A stretch of DNA of 64,000 bases from Octopus vulgaris (Eukaryota). The stretch lies in NCBI GenBank assembly GCA_951406725.2, contig OX597826.1, forward strand, positions 44,702,001 to 44,766,000, in the 5' to 3' direction. The translations under genes and the position numbers were made by a program. Below the pieces are notes generated by a model. That model had not been told where the DNA came from and ran no database searches. It worked only from the letters and a program-made list of their open reading frames with translations. Of the stretch, positions 40,871 through 54,473 are shown piece after piece. Every line of letters starts with the position of its first letter. Within the stretch, counting starts at the first letter, position 1.

Positions 40871-41787
40871 GGCGATGTTAAAGACGAGGAAGGAAGAAGT
40901 GAGATAAAGAGGAATACAGGAATGTAACAAAGTTGTGTGGAAAAGAATGGAAGGGAAAAATAATGGTGTCAATTTTTAGGAAGGAGCCGAGTCGATTACA
41001 TCAACCCCAGTGTGGTAGGAGGTGGATCGTGCTGGATATTGCTGCACTTGGTAAGCGACTCTTACTGTTTAGAGCACCTTCATGTATAATCGACCAGCCA
41101 AACGAAGAATATACATGCACATAACATACATGCCCGAAACATTGATAACTTCGGGCATATTGCTGATGACCTGCTCAAATTAGCAGAAATGGATTTCACT
41201 GTTTATATTTGATTTTTTATGCAATTTTATATTGTAATTAGGAATCTATGAGATTTGCAAAAGATACACATTTTGAGGGAATATTGAAGAATTGGTAGAT
41301 CTTTCAGCTATGCTACGGATGATCTTTCAACTAAATCTTTCATCTATGCTACATATTAATTAACGTTAAAATGAAGAAAAAAACGTACATAACACCCTCA
41401 TTAAAACGCCACATGTGAGGCCATCTTCGGATGAGATTGTTGTAAAATGACTTAAGAAAAGAATGGCTCAACTTACTATGGCAATTTATCCCCTCTGCCA
41501 ATATGACATGAGCTTTTTTCATCTATTACAGATAAATGAACTTATCAGTGTACGGTAGTGTCTTCCTTTCTTCTAACAAAATTTGCAGGTCTGAACCCTT
41601 CAACGAACCGAAGTCCAATTCAAGAATAATGCTGTAGGCTGTAGTCTCCATCATTTGAAGGGCATTAAAACTGGGTAAGAGGCTTTATGAGTCGCAAAGC
41701 ACCCACTCCAATCTTCATACACACGCTCAAAAAGATTTTGGCTCAACAATTAGTATCTTCCTGATTTTATCAAATTTAGCATACAGA

Positions 41788-42259
41788 GGCGCAGGCGTGG
41801 CTGCATGACAAGAAGCTTGCTCCCCATTAACATGGGACCGGGTTTAGTCCTACTGCAAGGCACCTGGGGCAAGTATCTTCTACTATAACCTCGGGCCGAC
41901 CAAAATCCTGGGAATGGATTTTGAAGATGGAAACTGAAAGAAGCACGCCGTATACTCATATATGTGTGTGTGTTGTGTGTGAGTAAGTGCATGTTAGTGT
42001 GTGCGCGTGTGTGTATGTGTGTGTGTGTGTGTGTGTGTGCGTGTATCTTTGTGACTGTGTTTGTCCTCTACGACCGGTTGACAACCAGTGGTGGTGTATT
42101 TACATCCCCGTAACTTAGCAGTTCGGCAAAAGATACCGATAGAAGTACCAGTCTTAAAACATAAGTACTGAGGTCGATTCAGTCGATTAAAAATTATTCA
42201 ATGCGGTGCCCCAGCTTTGCCGCAGTCTAATGACTGAAACAAATAAAAGAATAAAAGAA
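41788..42259 (+). mobile_element. Family B SINE
   Basis: ggcgcaggcgtggctg head; internal (TG)n; gaaacaaataaaagaataaaag tail; possible atacag TSD. Confidence 0.9.
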
Positions 42260-42361
42260 ATACAGTTGGAAGATGTACAATGTGGCGTAATGACTGGATC
42301 ATTAAAGCGTCGGAAAATATCTTACTGACATTTCTTCCGGCATTATTACATTCTAAGTTTA

Positions 42362-42650
42362 AGGCAGTGAGCTTGCAGAACCGTTGGTATGCCGGATGAA
42401 GTGCTTAGTTGCATTTCATCCGTCTCCACGTTCTGAGTTCAAATTCCGCCGAAATCGAATTTGCCTTTGTATCTGTGTATTTCAGGGTCGATAAAATAAG
42501 TACCTGAGTTTTGGTGTCGATGGAGCCAACGTACGCACTTCCACAAAATAGCAGGCCACATACCAAAATTTGAAACCATTCTGAGTTGCAATCCGGTCGA
42601 AGTCAACTTCGTCCTTCATAATTTCGGGTGTAGGTAAATTAAAATACCAG
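42362..42650 (+). mobile_element. Family A SINE plus partial second unit
   Basis: aggcagtgagcttgcagaaccgttgg..gttctgagttcaaattccgccgaaatcgaatttgcc. Confidence 0.8.
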
Positions 42651-42702
42651 TCAAGGACTGCTGTTAGTGAGCTGGCCTTATATTTCAACGCTCTGCGTAA
42701 CT

Positions 42703-43008
42703 TTTTGTTTGTCCCTTCTCGACCCATGCCTGGCTCATAAGAGCCGGTTGCCTGGTTTCCTTGGCGTATAGGTTCCCCACCAGGACGGGACGTCGGGCCG
42801 TCGCAGGTGAGCTGCAAGATGCAGGAGGAAGAGTGAGAGAATGTTGTGGCGAAAGAGTCAACAGAAGTTCGCCATTACCTCCTACCGGAGCTACGTGGAG
42901 CTTAGGAATTTTCACTCATAAACACACACGTCACCCGGTCTGAGATTCGAACATGCGTTCCCTCAACCGCGAATCCGCTGCTCTAAACACTAGGCCATGC
43001 GCCTCCAC
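42703..43008 (-). mobile_element. tRNA-derived SINE (family C-related head, different body)
   Basis: Minus-strand head gtggaggcgcatggcctagtgtttagagcagcgg; approximate TSD t(g/a)cgtaact. Confidence 0.8.
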
Positions 43009-43029
43009 TTACGTAACTGTAGAAGGAAT

Positions 43030-43065
<36 letters not shown>

Positions 43066-43439
43066 CCAAAGTTTTGTTGCACTAAAATTCTAAATGACCT
43101 GCAAAATAGTATATTTGTCTCAGAGAATATTACTACAATACTTGCATACATTGTTAAAGTGTCTCTGATACGCTTTTGCGGAAACTCATCCAGACAGACA
43201 CTATTCAACACTAAAAGCATCCGGAGGAACTCAGTCTCTTTAACGAATTATTCAAAGCACAACATATTTTGCAACGTATACTAGGAAATACAATAAAGTT
43301 TTGTAGTTTCACGCACCGCAATACATTGTTTGTGTTATTGTTATTGTTTGTCGCTTTGTTGTTGTTGTTCCCGTCTTGTTCCATTATATGTATATGTGTG
43401 TGTCCGTTTGTCTGCGTGTGCATAGATATCCATGCGCAT

Positions 43440-43452
43440 GCATGTGTATATA

Positions 43453-43501
<49 letters not shown>

Positions 43502-43599
43502 ACATATAAACAACTACATGCATACATGCCCACATTCAAGCTTGCATGCATACATACGAATATATATATACATCCACACATCCATATTATATATATATA

Positions 43600-43665
<66 letters not shown>

Positions 43666-43700
43666 AATATATACCCATACATATATACACACATATATAT

Positions 43701-43739
<39 letters not shown>

Positions 43740-43740
43740 C

Positions 43741-43803
<63 letters not shown>

Positions 43804-43804
43804 C

Positions 43805-43850
<46 letters not shown>
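43440..43850. repeat. Long (TA)n/(TACATA)n microsatellite
   Basis: Direct repeats. Confidence 0.95.
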
Positions 43851-43853
<3 letters not shown>

Positions 43854-44048
43854 ACTTTTTCCATTAGAGAATTTACAATTTCATATTCTTGACTTCCCAT
43901 TCAGTAGGAAAATGATTATATAATTTAATTTGAAAAACAGGAAGAGGATCTTGTATCGCAGCAGAATACCGATGAGAAGAATGTAAATAATTCAGGGGTA
44001 AATTTTTCTTCAGCGTCACTGTATGTATCATCGCTATTTTGTTTTCAG

Positions 44049-44135
44049 ATTGAGCATTTTTGCAATGACAATATCAATGTTTACAATTATTATTGAAACG
44101 TCGTTGATAATATTTGGTGCCGACTGTATTTTGTA
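44049..44135 (+). CDS. Candidate 87-nt internal exon encoding a hydrophobic segment (LSIFAMTISMFTIIIETSLIIFGADCIL)
   Basis: Strong acceptor attttgttttcag and consensus donor gtaagt; only one frame is open (phase 2-2); transmembrane-like composition. Confidence 0.4.
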
Positions 44136-45374
44136 GTAAGTACTGATGTCATCTGATAACTTATGTTGAAAATATCGATCGTAGGTTTAAAATATCAAAA
44201 TAATGCATATTATCTATTTATTACTATACTTCATACATTGTAGAACAGAAGAAAAAATGACAGTAAATGGTTTTAGGTTATTGCTGTCAGTTCGCTTTAC
44301 ATTAATGCCATATTGCTATTATAATCTCCTTCCTCTCTGATTTTAGCCTTCCACTTAACTTTTCTATCGTACAACTTTATCGTCTCTATAGGTGCCATTT
44401 TCACGTCACGCAAAATGTCTACCAATCCTCAGTTTCTGGTGTTTAATATAAAAATAAAAATTATGATAATAGTTACAAAAATAGCGATGAAAAAATATAT
44501 AATCTTTTTTCAATTCTTTTTTTTTTAGGATTCAATACAATCTAATCACAAAAGTAGAACTCTACGAAGAAATTCTAATATAAATATTACAAATTCAGTT
44601 TTATATTCTTTATTTCAAATTTTTTTTCCCATACGTTTCCTATTTCAAGATTTGGCTTTTTTATCCGTAAAAAGTAGAGAAAATGTATTTGTCTCTCTCA
44701 TGTGTATTATTGTAGATTCTGTCTCCTATTTATATTTTACCAAAAATGTTTCGAATAAAAACCAGCTTTTACTGCGAATTTGATAAATAAAAATAGTGTG
44801 GACGTGTGGTAAGAAGTTTGCTTTCCAACCACATAGTCTGGGATTCAATCTCACAGCTTGGTACCATGGGCAAAGATCTTTGAATATAGTCTGTGGATTT
44901 GATAGACAGAAAGGGAAGAGGCCCGTCACCACTGTCTCTTTACTTTGCTTTTCTTTTATTTTCCTTTCTTTCTCTCTCTCCTCACATACTCTCTCTCTCT
45001 CTTCCTCTCTTTCCCTCCTTGTTACCTCCTCCCACTATCACGTAACCCTTGATGACCTAAGGCGATATCACGATTCTCTCTGCTCCGCGCTGTAACCTTC
45101 CTGTGTCTATAGTTTTTTAGGACAGTTTCCATTTCTCCTCCACGTTACTCACTTTTCCGTCTTGCAGCCCCAAGACATTTTTTGTTGTATATGTATTATT
45201 ATTTTTTAAATCATTAATTGCTGTCTTCGTCTGGCCCTATGCCTTTATTCTATTTATTGTTTTGTCTCTCGTCAGTCCACTAATTGTCTCATTTCGAGCC
45301 CGTCTCGTTTGTTATGTTTTGCTCCCACCTCCCGGCAAGTTTCTTCCAGAGTGGAAGCAATCTTATCGATAATG

Positions 45375-46950
45375 GCAATGCCAATCTCCAGTGTGTGCTA
45401 ATCTGTTGTAAAATCTCCAGATGTAAACATCATCTCGAAACTGTCATAATAGATCCTCAATATTTTGATTACTTTGTCTGGAAGTTGTCCATGGCTCTCA
45501 TCAGTAATTCGTGTGGCACTAAGCCATATGCATTAGCTAGGTCAAGCCAAGCCACGTTCAAGTTTCTCTTATTCTGTTTGGCATCCTGGATCGCTTTCCA
45601 AATCGAGAAACAATATCCAAGGCATCCAGGGATCCCAAAGATTCCGGCCTTTTGAACAGATTCATCAACATATCCATTGCACTGTAAATATGTCGCTGTT
45701 CTTCTCGAGAGAATTCCCATAAAGATCTTGCCTCCCACATTCAATAAGGTTATCGGCCTAAACTGTTTTATATTTTCTGCATTGGCCTCCTTCGGCAGGT
45801 AAATGCGTTTTTCCTTACACGTATCGAAGTAGAAGAAGGAGCTTCTTTCGCAGACGATTGTAATAATTATATAATTTATACGAGACGTCATTACCTCCTG
45901 GGGCATTCTTTGCCCTAGCTTTTTTTACGAAATCATTCACTTCTTTCTCCCTGGTGTACCCAATTTGAAATTCGATATCAGGTTCTAAGAGATGCTTAAT
46001 CCCATTTAGAGGTGGCAATGGCTAGTTACGATGCGGATTGCTGTAGGTTTCTTTGATATAAGCGCCCAATTCGTTTTTCGTGCACGATAAAGTGCCACTC
46101 TTCGGTTCAATGAACAGATTTTTTAGTAACCCCGTACAGGTCCTTCAGAAACTGCCCCTAAGTCCTTTTACTTTCCTTTCGTCGCTCATATCGGTAGATA
46201 TGTCATGGCACATAACCGCATTTCCTTTTCAAATCGTCGTGCAGCAGCGCGAGGACAGGCTTTTCGTCTTCCTCAGTATATTTCCATCGCTTTCTTTGGC
46301 TGGTCTTTTCCTTCTTCAACTGTTTCATTTCCTGATCCTCTTGCTTGGTCCACATTTTCCATTCGCTAATCGGATAGTATCTTTCACTCAAAATAATTCC
46401 TTTCCTGTATCGTAAATTGAGCTTGTTAAGTTTCCCAGTTTCTCCACTGTAGAGCCTGTCATTTTATAAAGAGCTCGACATACCTTGTTTTCAAACTCTT
46501 TATATTTTCCTTTCTCATTAGCAGCAGGCCACAGAACCCTCGGTTTCCTCTGTGTACTATCTAATGCACCAATTTCATAACCTGCACTTTCGTGTCCGGG
46601 AAGAGGTCTTTGTTGTAGCATTTATCAATCCACTGTGGTTTGAGTCCAGGGATGATTTGCCACGTGTTTTACAATCAGATGATCCACACTGCTCAGTCTT
46701 CTTCTTACAAGTCTTTCCCTGATGTATCTTCAAGCCCCTCTCGGTTGCAAAAGTCCTACGGCACAGTTCGCATCCAAAATTCTTTGCACATCGTTCGCTG
46801 CTCGAATGAATAGCCGTTTTCGTATCCAAGGTCATTTCCCCACACCACCCTCTGTCATTCTCATTGGTATCTGTTACAACATTTTACAAAGGCGAGCATT
46901 GTAAGTTCGCAGCCTCCGCCAGTCTTTGCCTGGTGTCGATAGTCTTTCCC
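45375..46950 (-). mobile_element. HERO-like RLE non-LTR retrotransposon, 5' half
   Basis: N-terminal zinc finger CELCRRTFATERGLKIHQGKTC; RT IYLPKE..IKQFRPITLLNVGGKIF, SVQKAGIFGIPGCL, WLDLANAYGLVPH; frameshifts and stops. Confidence 0.85.
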
Positions 46951-47579
46951 ATTATTATGATTATAGAGTTTATTTGTTCAGATCTGACCTAAGAGCAAAC
47001 AAGTACTAAGACGAAGACAACCTCTTTTGACTAACCGCCTGACATGATAATCTCCGAGTTATATTTCAAACCCCAGCGTTCATTCATTTATGAAATGACT
47101 ATACGCAAACACCAACATGATGGCAATGATCTAATTAACGGCTGTTAATCAGGGACGTTACACAATCTTCTCCCAATCAATATCTAATGCAACATATCTA
47201 TTATATTTAATATGTAATATTCATGCATTGCTTTCATTTATCAGATATGGCAGATTATCAAAAGCTATGCCTGATTTCATGTAACAGTTACTGATGGCGA
47301 ATTTAAATATTATTTCTTCTGTTATCATTTATTCTGGGTCATTAAATTTATAAGACGTTTTATCTGAGATTTATGGCGAAATTATTAAATTTAGAATAAG
47401 TTTCACCTACTTATTGAGTGCAAAGAAATTTGGATTTACACCATTAAATAGTTCTACTAATATGTGTGATGTGACGGCGTCTGTTACCGACATCTTTATG
47501 GAGGTATCGTATCTAAATGCAAGCATTACACACTTTTGTCATTGATGTAGAGTGGATGATTGGCATGAGGTTGCCGACG

Positions 47580-47596
47580 AGGACTATAATGATGAC

Positions 47597-47635
<39 letters not shown>

Positions 47636-48000
47636 AAAGCAGAGAGGGGTTATGATATGATGATAAAGATTATGATAATGATGAGAAGAATGATTATGAT
47701 GAAAATGAGGATAATGATGATGAGGAGGAGGAGGACGACTACGACGACGATCAAGATGATATTCTTGATGATGATGGTGATGATAATGTTTATGGCAATG
47801 ATGATGATGATGATGATGATGACGACGACGACGATGATGGCGGCGGTGGTGGTGGTGGTGGCGGAGTTAGTATTAGCAGTGGTGATGACGAAGATGTGGA
47901 ATGTGCTTCTGCTCCTGATACTGATGATTATGACGACGACGACAAACGATAAAGATCATTCTGTTGATAACTATAATGATGATGATGATGACATACTTCT
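47580..48000. repeat. (GAT)n/(GAC)n/(GGT)n low-complexity tract
   Basis: Direct repeats. Confidence 0.9.
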
Positions 48001-48183
48001 GATATAAGATATGTAGTTCCATTTCGTTCGGTTTTTAAAATATACATTTAGAAATTTTTAAAATGTATTTTTTTTTAGAGGATGTTGAAGTTTGCCAGAC
48101 TTTAAATTGCTGATTGCTTAATGTTTTAGATGTTACAATTCCAGCTACTCAGAAAGCACACAATCACACGCACACGCATATGC

Positions 48184-48219
<36 letters not shown>

Positions 48220-48305
48220 TATATATTCATATGTATATGTGTGTGTACATTATATGTATGCATGCACATATATAAATATACAACATATATGTATTTGTGT
48301 GTTTG

Positions 48306-48337
<32 letters not shown>

Positions 48338-48360
48338 TGTATGTATGTATGTATGTATAT

Positions 48361-48408
<48 letters not shown>

Positions 48409-49617
48409 TGTATATATATATACGCACTCACATCTGCACATCTGCATATGTATGTTTTCGTCGAGCGAATTCCAATTTATTCTGGTTTTCACATTTATGT
48501 TGGGATTTTTATAATTTTTCAATATAACATATTACAGTATCAGTTTCAAGTTTTGGTACGGGACCAGAAATTATTGTCAGAAATGTATAAGTGGTTTACA
48601 TTGACCCGAATGCTCAAATGTTACTTATCTTATCAATCCCGAACTGATGAAAGACAGAGTTCGCCTCGGTAGAATTTGAACTCAATTACATATTATGATA
48701 TTACAAGAACGTTCATGTTTTATTGAAACAACAAAGTAAAACGTGCATTACTTTAACATATAAGCAGTGCCGTACATCTGTTGTTATTAACAATCTTCAG
48801 GTAAATGTTTATATAGCCACAGTATTACCAAAGGACATATTCTGTTCTATATTTGAGAACTGTACTGAGAAACCTGAGTTAATTATTTGGATGAACGTGG
48901 GAACACAGTTAACAATGATCGCGTTTATGCATAGAAATATTTTAACCAATGAAAGACATTTCAGGTTAACACCGTCAATATTACTATTATTTTTGAGCAA
49001 AATTACATTGAAATCAGTATTTATATTCTAATTATTATTATTGACTATTCAGATAAAGTTTAAACTTTTTAATACGGTTCCACACTATTATTCTTCTTCA
49101 AACGACCCTGGATTGTAAAGTTTGGAAAATGGGAACATTAAAAACATTTTCTAATCGTATGTTCTTAAATGATCGCTTAATGGGATCTGACAAAGATTTT
49201 TCTCTCGAATTTGTTTCGATTATAAGTTTCCTGCCTGGCCAATATATGTCTTCATAATTCGGGAATTTGATACAGTCGACCACATTTCTGCTTTTACGGT
49301 TCATATTTGCATTTGGAAAATATCCATCTAATTTTTGAATTAATACACTGGCTGGTTTGCATGAACTGAGATATACTACACGATCGTCATGTCATATGAG
49401 TACCATCAATGCTTTAGCATTGCCGTCTAAGCCAACAATTTCAGTTGTCTTCGATAGAAGTAAACGAGTGTCTGTGTATATTTGTTTTGAAGAAAAAGAT
49501 GGTAATTGTGTTCGGGAATACTGAACAGATAAATAGCTAAGATCATGTCTCCTTGATTGTTCACGGAGAGACTGTGAAAGACTAAGCTGAAGATCGAGAA
49601 TTATTGGGTTGAGTAAT

Positions 49618-50002
49618 GATCTGACGGAAGCACTCCGTCGGTTACGACGATGAGGGTTCCGGTTGATCCGAATCAACGGAACAGCCTGCTCGTGAAATTA
49701 ACGAGTAAGTGGCTGAGCACTCCACAGACACGTGCACCCTTAACGTAGTTCTCGGGGATATTCAGCGTGACCTTGAAATACAGGCCGGCAACAGAAACAG
49801 GAAGTACAACAGAAACAGGAAGTAAGAGAAAGTTGTGGTGAAAGAGTACAGCAGGGATCACCACCATCCCCTGCCGGAGCCTCGTGGAGTTTTTTAGGTG
49901 TTTTCGCTCAATAAACACTCACAACGCCCGGTTTGGGAATCGAAACCGCGATCCTATGACCGCGAATCCGCTGCCCTAACCACTGGGCCATTGCATCTCC
50001 AC
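49618..50002 (-). mobile_element. Full-length tRNA-derived SINE with 12-bp TSD
   Basis: Head gtggagatgcaatggcccagtggttagggcagcgg..ggtttcgattccc; TSD GGGTTGAGTAAT at 49606-49617 and 50003-50014. Confidence 0.9.
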
Positions 50003-50220
50003 GGGTTGAGTAATACACAAAGCGGAAATAGAATTAAACGTGAGAACAGTTGCTGTAAAAAAATATCCCAAAATTGTTAAATATAAAAGTGAAAGAATCT
50101 CTCCTATAATTATGGGGTGCAGTCGCGCATTCTAAGCTTAATAAAAGTTAAGTCAAGGTACAGGTAAAGTGTTGTTTGGATGGTTGGATCTCATGAAGAT
50201 TATGTTATTGGAAGAGACAA

Positions 50221-50457
50221 GGCGGCGAGCTGGCAGAAACGTTAGCACGCCGGGCGAAATTCTTAGCCGTATTTCGTCTGCCGCTACGTTCTGAGTTCAA
50301 ATTCCGCCGAGGTCGACTTTGCCTTTCATCGTTTTGAGGTCGATTAAATAAGTACCATTTACGCACTGGGGTCGATATAATCGACTTAATCCGTTTGTCT
50401 GTCCTTGTTTGTCCACTCTGCGTTTAACCCCTTGTGGGTAGTAAAGAAATAGGTATT
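50221..50457 (+). mobile_element. Well-preserved full-length family A SINE
   Basis: ggcggcgagctggcagaaacgttagcacg (A box), gagttcaaattcc (B box); ends gtaaagaaataggtatt. Confidence 0.92.
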
Positions 50458-50656
50458 GGAACAGAGCGACCGGGCGAGTAAACGTGTGGCAGACAAACAA
50501 CGGCTCAAGTTAAAAGTTGAGAAACATTATTTTTAATGCATATAAATTTTGCACCATGTATTGAGTGTTATTACTTTTCAATGGAAAACGAAAACGTGAT
50601 ATGTACATACGTGCATACTAACACACATACATCATACGTAGCTATGTATGTATGTT

Positions 50657-50714
<58 letters not shown>

Positions 50715-50802
50715 TGTATAGATATATGCGTGTCTTTATATTTATATACATACCTACCTATATATGTACACACATACCTACCTACATACACACACAGATA
50801 TA

Positions 50803-50860
<58 letters not shown>

Positions 50861-51482
50861 TGAAGGCTGGATATATAGACGATAGATTTAGGTGTGTATG
50901 TGAGTATGTGTGTCTGTTTGGAAGAAAGATACAGAAAGATAAAGAAAATGTGTGCGTATATATTCGTTCACATAGATATCTAACGATATCTATATGTCTA
51001 TTTATAAGTATGCACGTACGTATCATTTACGTAAGAAAAGTTATAAGTCTATTCAAATTATCATATTTAATATACAGTAAATTTGATTCCATTGTGATTT
51101 TTTTTTTTCACACATATTTTTAGCTAGTGTTGTTTCCTGTATTTGCGATTTCGAGTTGCTGATAAATATTTTAAAACTTTAAAAATTTAACTGATTACAA
51201 TATATATGTAATGCAGATTATATCATATTATATCACAGGCAGCAAAATCTTTCATAACACACAAACACACACATACACATAGACACCCATATATATATAC
51301 ACAGAGAGCAATACTTATATACACATGTATACATATTTATGCACGTAGGTTTGTATCTCCGTTCATATATATACACACATATGTATTTGTAGGTATACAC
51401 AAATAAAAAACATATACGCGTGTATACACACACAGAAACACACACACACACATACACACACACACACATACACACACATAAA

Positions 51483-51548
<66 letters not shown>

Positions 51549-51550
51549 CA

Positions 51551-52028
51551 TATGAGGGGAAGTCAAGAATTGTCCGCACTTTCACCAAAAGTTTATGTTG
51601 GCCGTGCAGACTCGAGTTCGCGTGCTGAAATGTGATACCATTGTGGTTACGTAACCTATGTTTGACCGTGTTTTGTCTAGTTTGTGTTACGAAGTTAACA
51701 TGGCCGCTCCTCTGGCAGTGTACACAAAAGAAGATCAGCAATCCAATTGGTAAAGTTGTGTGAGTGGCTTAAATTCGTCGCGCTCTACCGCACATATCTC
51801 TCTTTACTCGTTAGTCTTTTACTTGTTTCAGTCAGTTGACTGCGGCCATGCTGGTGCACCGCCTTTAGTCCAGCAACTCGACCCCGGGACTTTGTAAGCC
51901 CAGTACTTATTCTATCGGTCTCTTTTGCCGAACCGCTAAGTGACGGGGACATAAACACACCAGCATCGGTTGTCAAGCAATGCTTGGGGGACAAACACAG
52001 ACACACAAACATACACGCACACACACAC

Positions 52029-52073
<45 letters not shown>

Positions 52074-52960
52074 GACGGGCTTCTTTCAGTTTCCGTCTAC
52101 CAAATCTACTCACAAGGCATTGGTCGGTCCGAGGCTATAGTAGAAGACACTTGCTCAAGATGTAACTCAGTGGGACTGAACCGGAACCATGTGGTTGGTA
52201 AGCAAGCTACTTACCACACAGCCACTCCTGCGCCTATGTATGAATGGTTAGAAAACTTTAGAAATGAGCGGCATGCATGAAGCACGAAGTGGAAGCAGGA
52301 CAGTTATCAACTGCTGCCACTGACATGAATATTCAAAAGGCTGAAGAGATGATACTGGCGAACAGACGAGTGACTATCGATGAGGTAACTCGTTCTCTGC
52401 AAATTGGCCGTGGTTTTGCATAGGAAATCATCTACGACAATCTTCACTTCCGTAAAGTCTTGAAGATTGGTACCAAGAAAGCTTTCTGAAGCCAAAGTGC
52501 AACTGTCTGATGTATCAACACTTATTCGATCTCTAAAAGGAGGTAGGCGAAGCTTTCTTGAATAGAATAGTCAGAAGAGATGAGACCTGGGTCCATCACT
52601 TTGAGCCAGAATCAAAAAGGAAGAGTCTGGATTGGATATGTCCGGAATCTCTAGCGGAAAAGAAATTCAAGAATCAATCACCTGGACAAAAATTAATGTT
52701 AATGTTTTTGTTTTCTTTTCGGACGCGAATGGTCTATACTGGAAAAGGGGTCTACAGTCACCAATGAAATGCTGGTCAACAAACTGAAACCAGCAAGTTA
52801 CACCAAACTCCGAGATCTATTGTCAAAACAAGTGTTTTTGTTGCACAACATTGCATGCCCACATACGGCTTCACACACTGTTGAAACCATTGAAAAATTG
52901 AGTTGCAAGTTAGCAAAACACATTGTAGTTGCCTTGCAATGAATGGCAATAGGTGGTTCA
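51551..52960 (+). mobile_element. Decayed mariner element interrupted by a SINE
   Basis: Left end TAtgagggg..; MAAPLAVYTKEDQ; EEMILANRRVTIDEV; NRIVRRDETWVHHFEPESKR; LLHNIACPHTA. Confidence 0.85.
51798..52234 (-). mobile_element. Family B SINE nested in the mariner
   Basis: Closely similar to 31789-32190. Confidence 0.92.
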
Positions 52961-53049
52961 TCACTCAGCAAATAGATATACATTAGAAAGAAAGAATGAA
53001 GAAGCAATATATGTGATATCGCTTCAGAGTATGTGTTTTATGATCCAAA

Positions 53050-54206
53050 TATAGTTGTTAGGGTAAATAAGGGATCAAGAAGTTGCGCATAAAATTTCTT
53101 ACAGAATAGCTATGCATATGGTGCATATCTCTTTGAGCACAGATTTTCATATCAAAGCTAACTATAACATGTTCAGAGAGAAAGTGTTAACGAATATCCT
53201 TAATAAAGGATATTAGTATTTAGTAGTTCCATTATCAAGAGATTAAATATCATTGATAAGAGATATTAGAAGATACATTTCCATCATCGAAAGATAGAAA
53301 TGCTAAGAGAAATATTTCCTCTCTGAAGAAGGCATAGTTAGCTTCTATATGGAAATCTTTGCTCAATTAGATATGCACCATGTGCAGAATTATTCTGAAA
53401 ACAGCTATAAGAACTTTTTAATCGCTTGTTTACAATTTGCAATTATGCCGTTGACAGAGATAGTAACAGCGGCTGTCTGTGTAAGTGATGGCATGGATCA
53501 AGATGTATCGCATCTTTTTTTGTATCACATCTTCTAATGTTGCAGATGCTGTGTACAGAATAGTCTCCCTGAGCAGAAACCATGCTTTGTGTCAGGGGAC
53601 AAGTCATTGTTTCCTAAAAACCTGATCAGCTTCCTCCTGACAATGCGTTGCATGACTTTGTGGACATGTGGATTTAGTGAAACTGACTTATAATTTTTAG
53701 CATCCGCTCTACTACCTCTTTTGTGGATAGGAGATTGTATGCTTTTATCTAAGGCATGATCTGCAATGGTCTTGCCAGAATCCCTTTCTATTTCTTCAGG
53801 AGATTGCTGGGAATGCATCAGGTTCTGTGACTGAGTTTAAGACCATGCCATCAATGTCTGATATTTCAGCAATGTCCTCTATTTCGATGTTATCTTTGTG
53901 TAGGGCTGTGGTGTTGACGAACCCATCAGGCATAGCTATTTGAAAGTGTCCCATCGGGGTTTTGAAAACATTCCTTACAGTAAGTGATCCATTTTCTTCC
54001 AATAGTGGCCCTATCTTATATAATACGAAAGAAAACTTTTTTGCAAATCTATAGCAGGTTTCATGGTTTGCCTTTACAATTCTTACAGCCCTTACCCTCT
54101 CCTTTTTATAGAAGCGTTTAAGTTCAATTTCAATCTCAATTTGTTTGACATAGCATTCTTCACATTCCATTAGTGACCCACCCATTTTGACGTTTTGAAA
54201 TCTTTG

Positions 54207-54209
<3 letters not shown>
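53050..54209 (-). mobile_element. CR1-group LINE ORF2 (RT) remnant
   Basis: PIHKRGSRADAKNYKSVSL..KVMQRIVRRKLIRFL..KHGFCSGR matches NYRPVSL/QHGFR.GRS motifs. Confidence 0.8.
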
Positions 54210-54284
<75 letters not shown>

Positions 54285-54473
54285 TATAAACATATATATG
54301 TGTATGTGTGTATGTGTGCGTGTGTGTGTGTATTTGTGAATGTAAGAATATGGTGTGTATATTTATAAATTTAAATAATAAGGGTGAAAAATTGAATATT
54401 AATTTAATATTAATTTAAAACCAGTGGCCTAGCATATTGAAAAAAATCTGAAAATTCAGAAAAATTATATTAT

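Noticed and set aside
49920-50002. tRNA gene
   Set aside because: The tRNA-like A/B boxes are the head of a SINE with body and TSD; the same applies to the other SINE heads.
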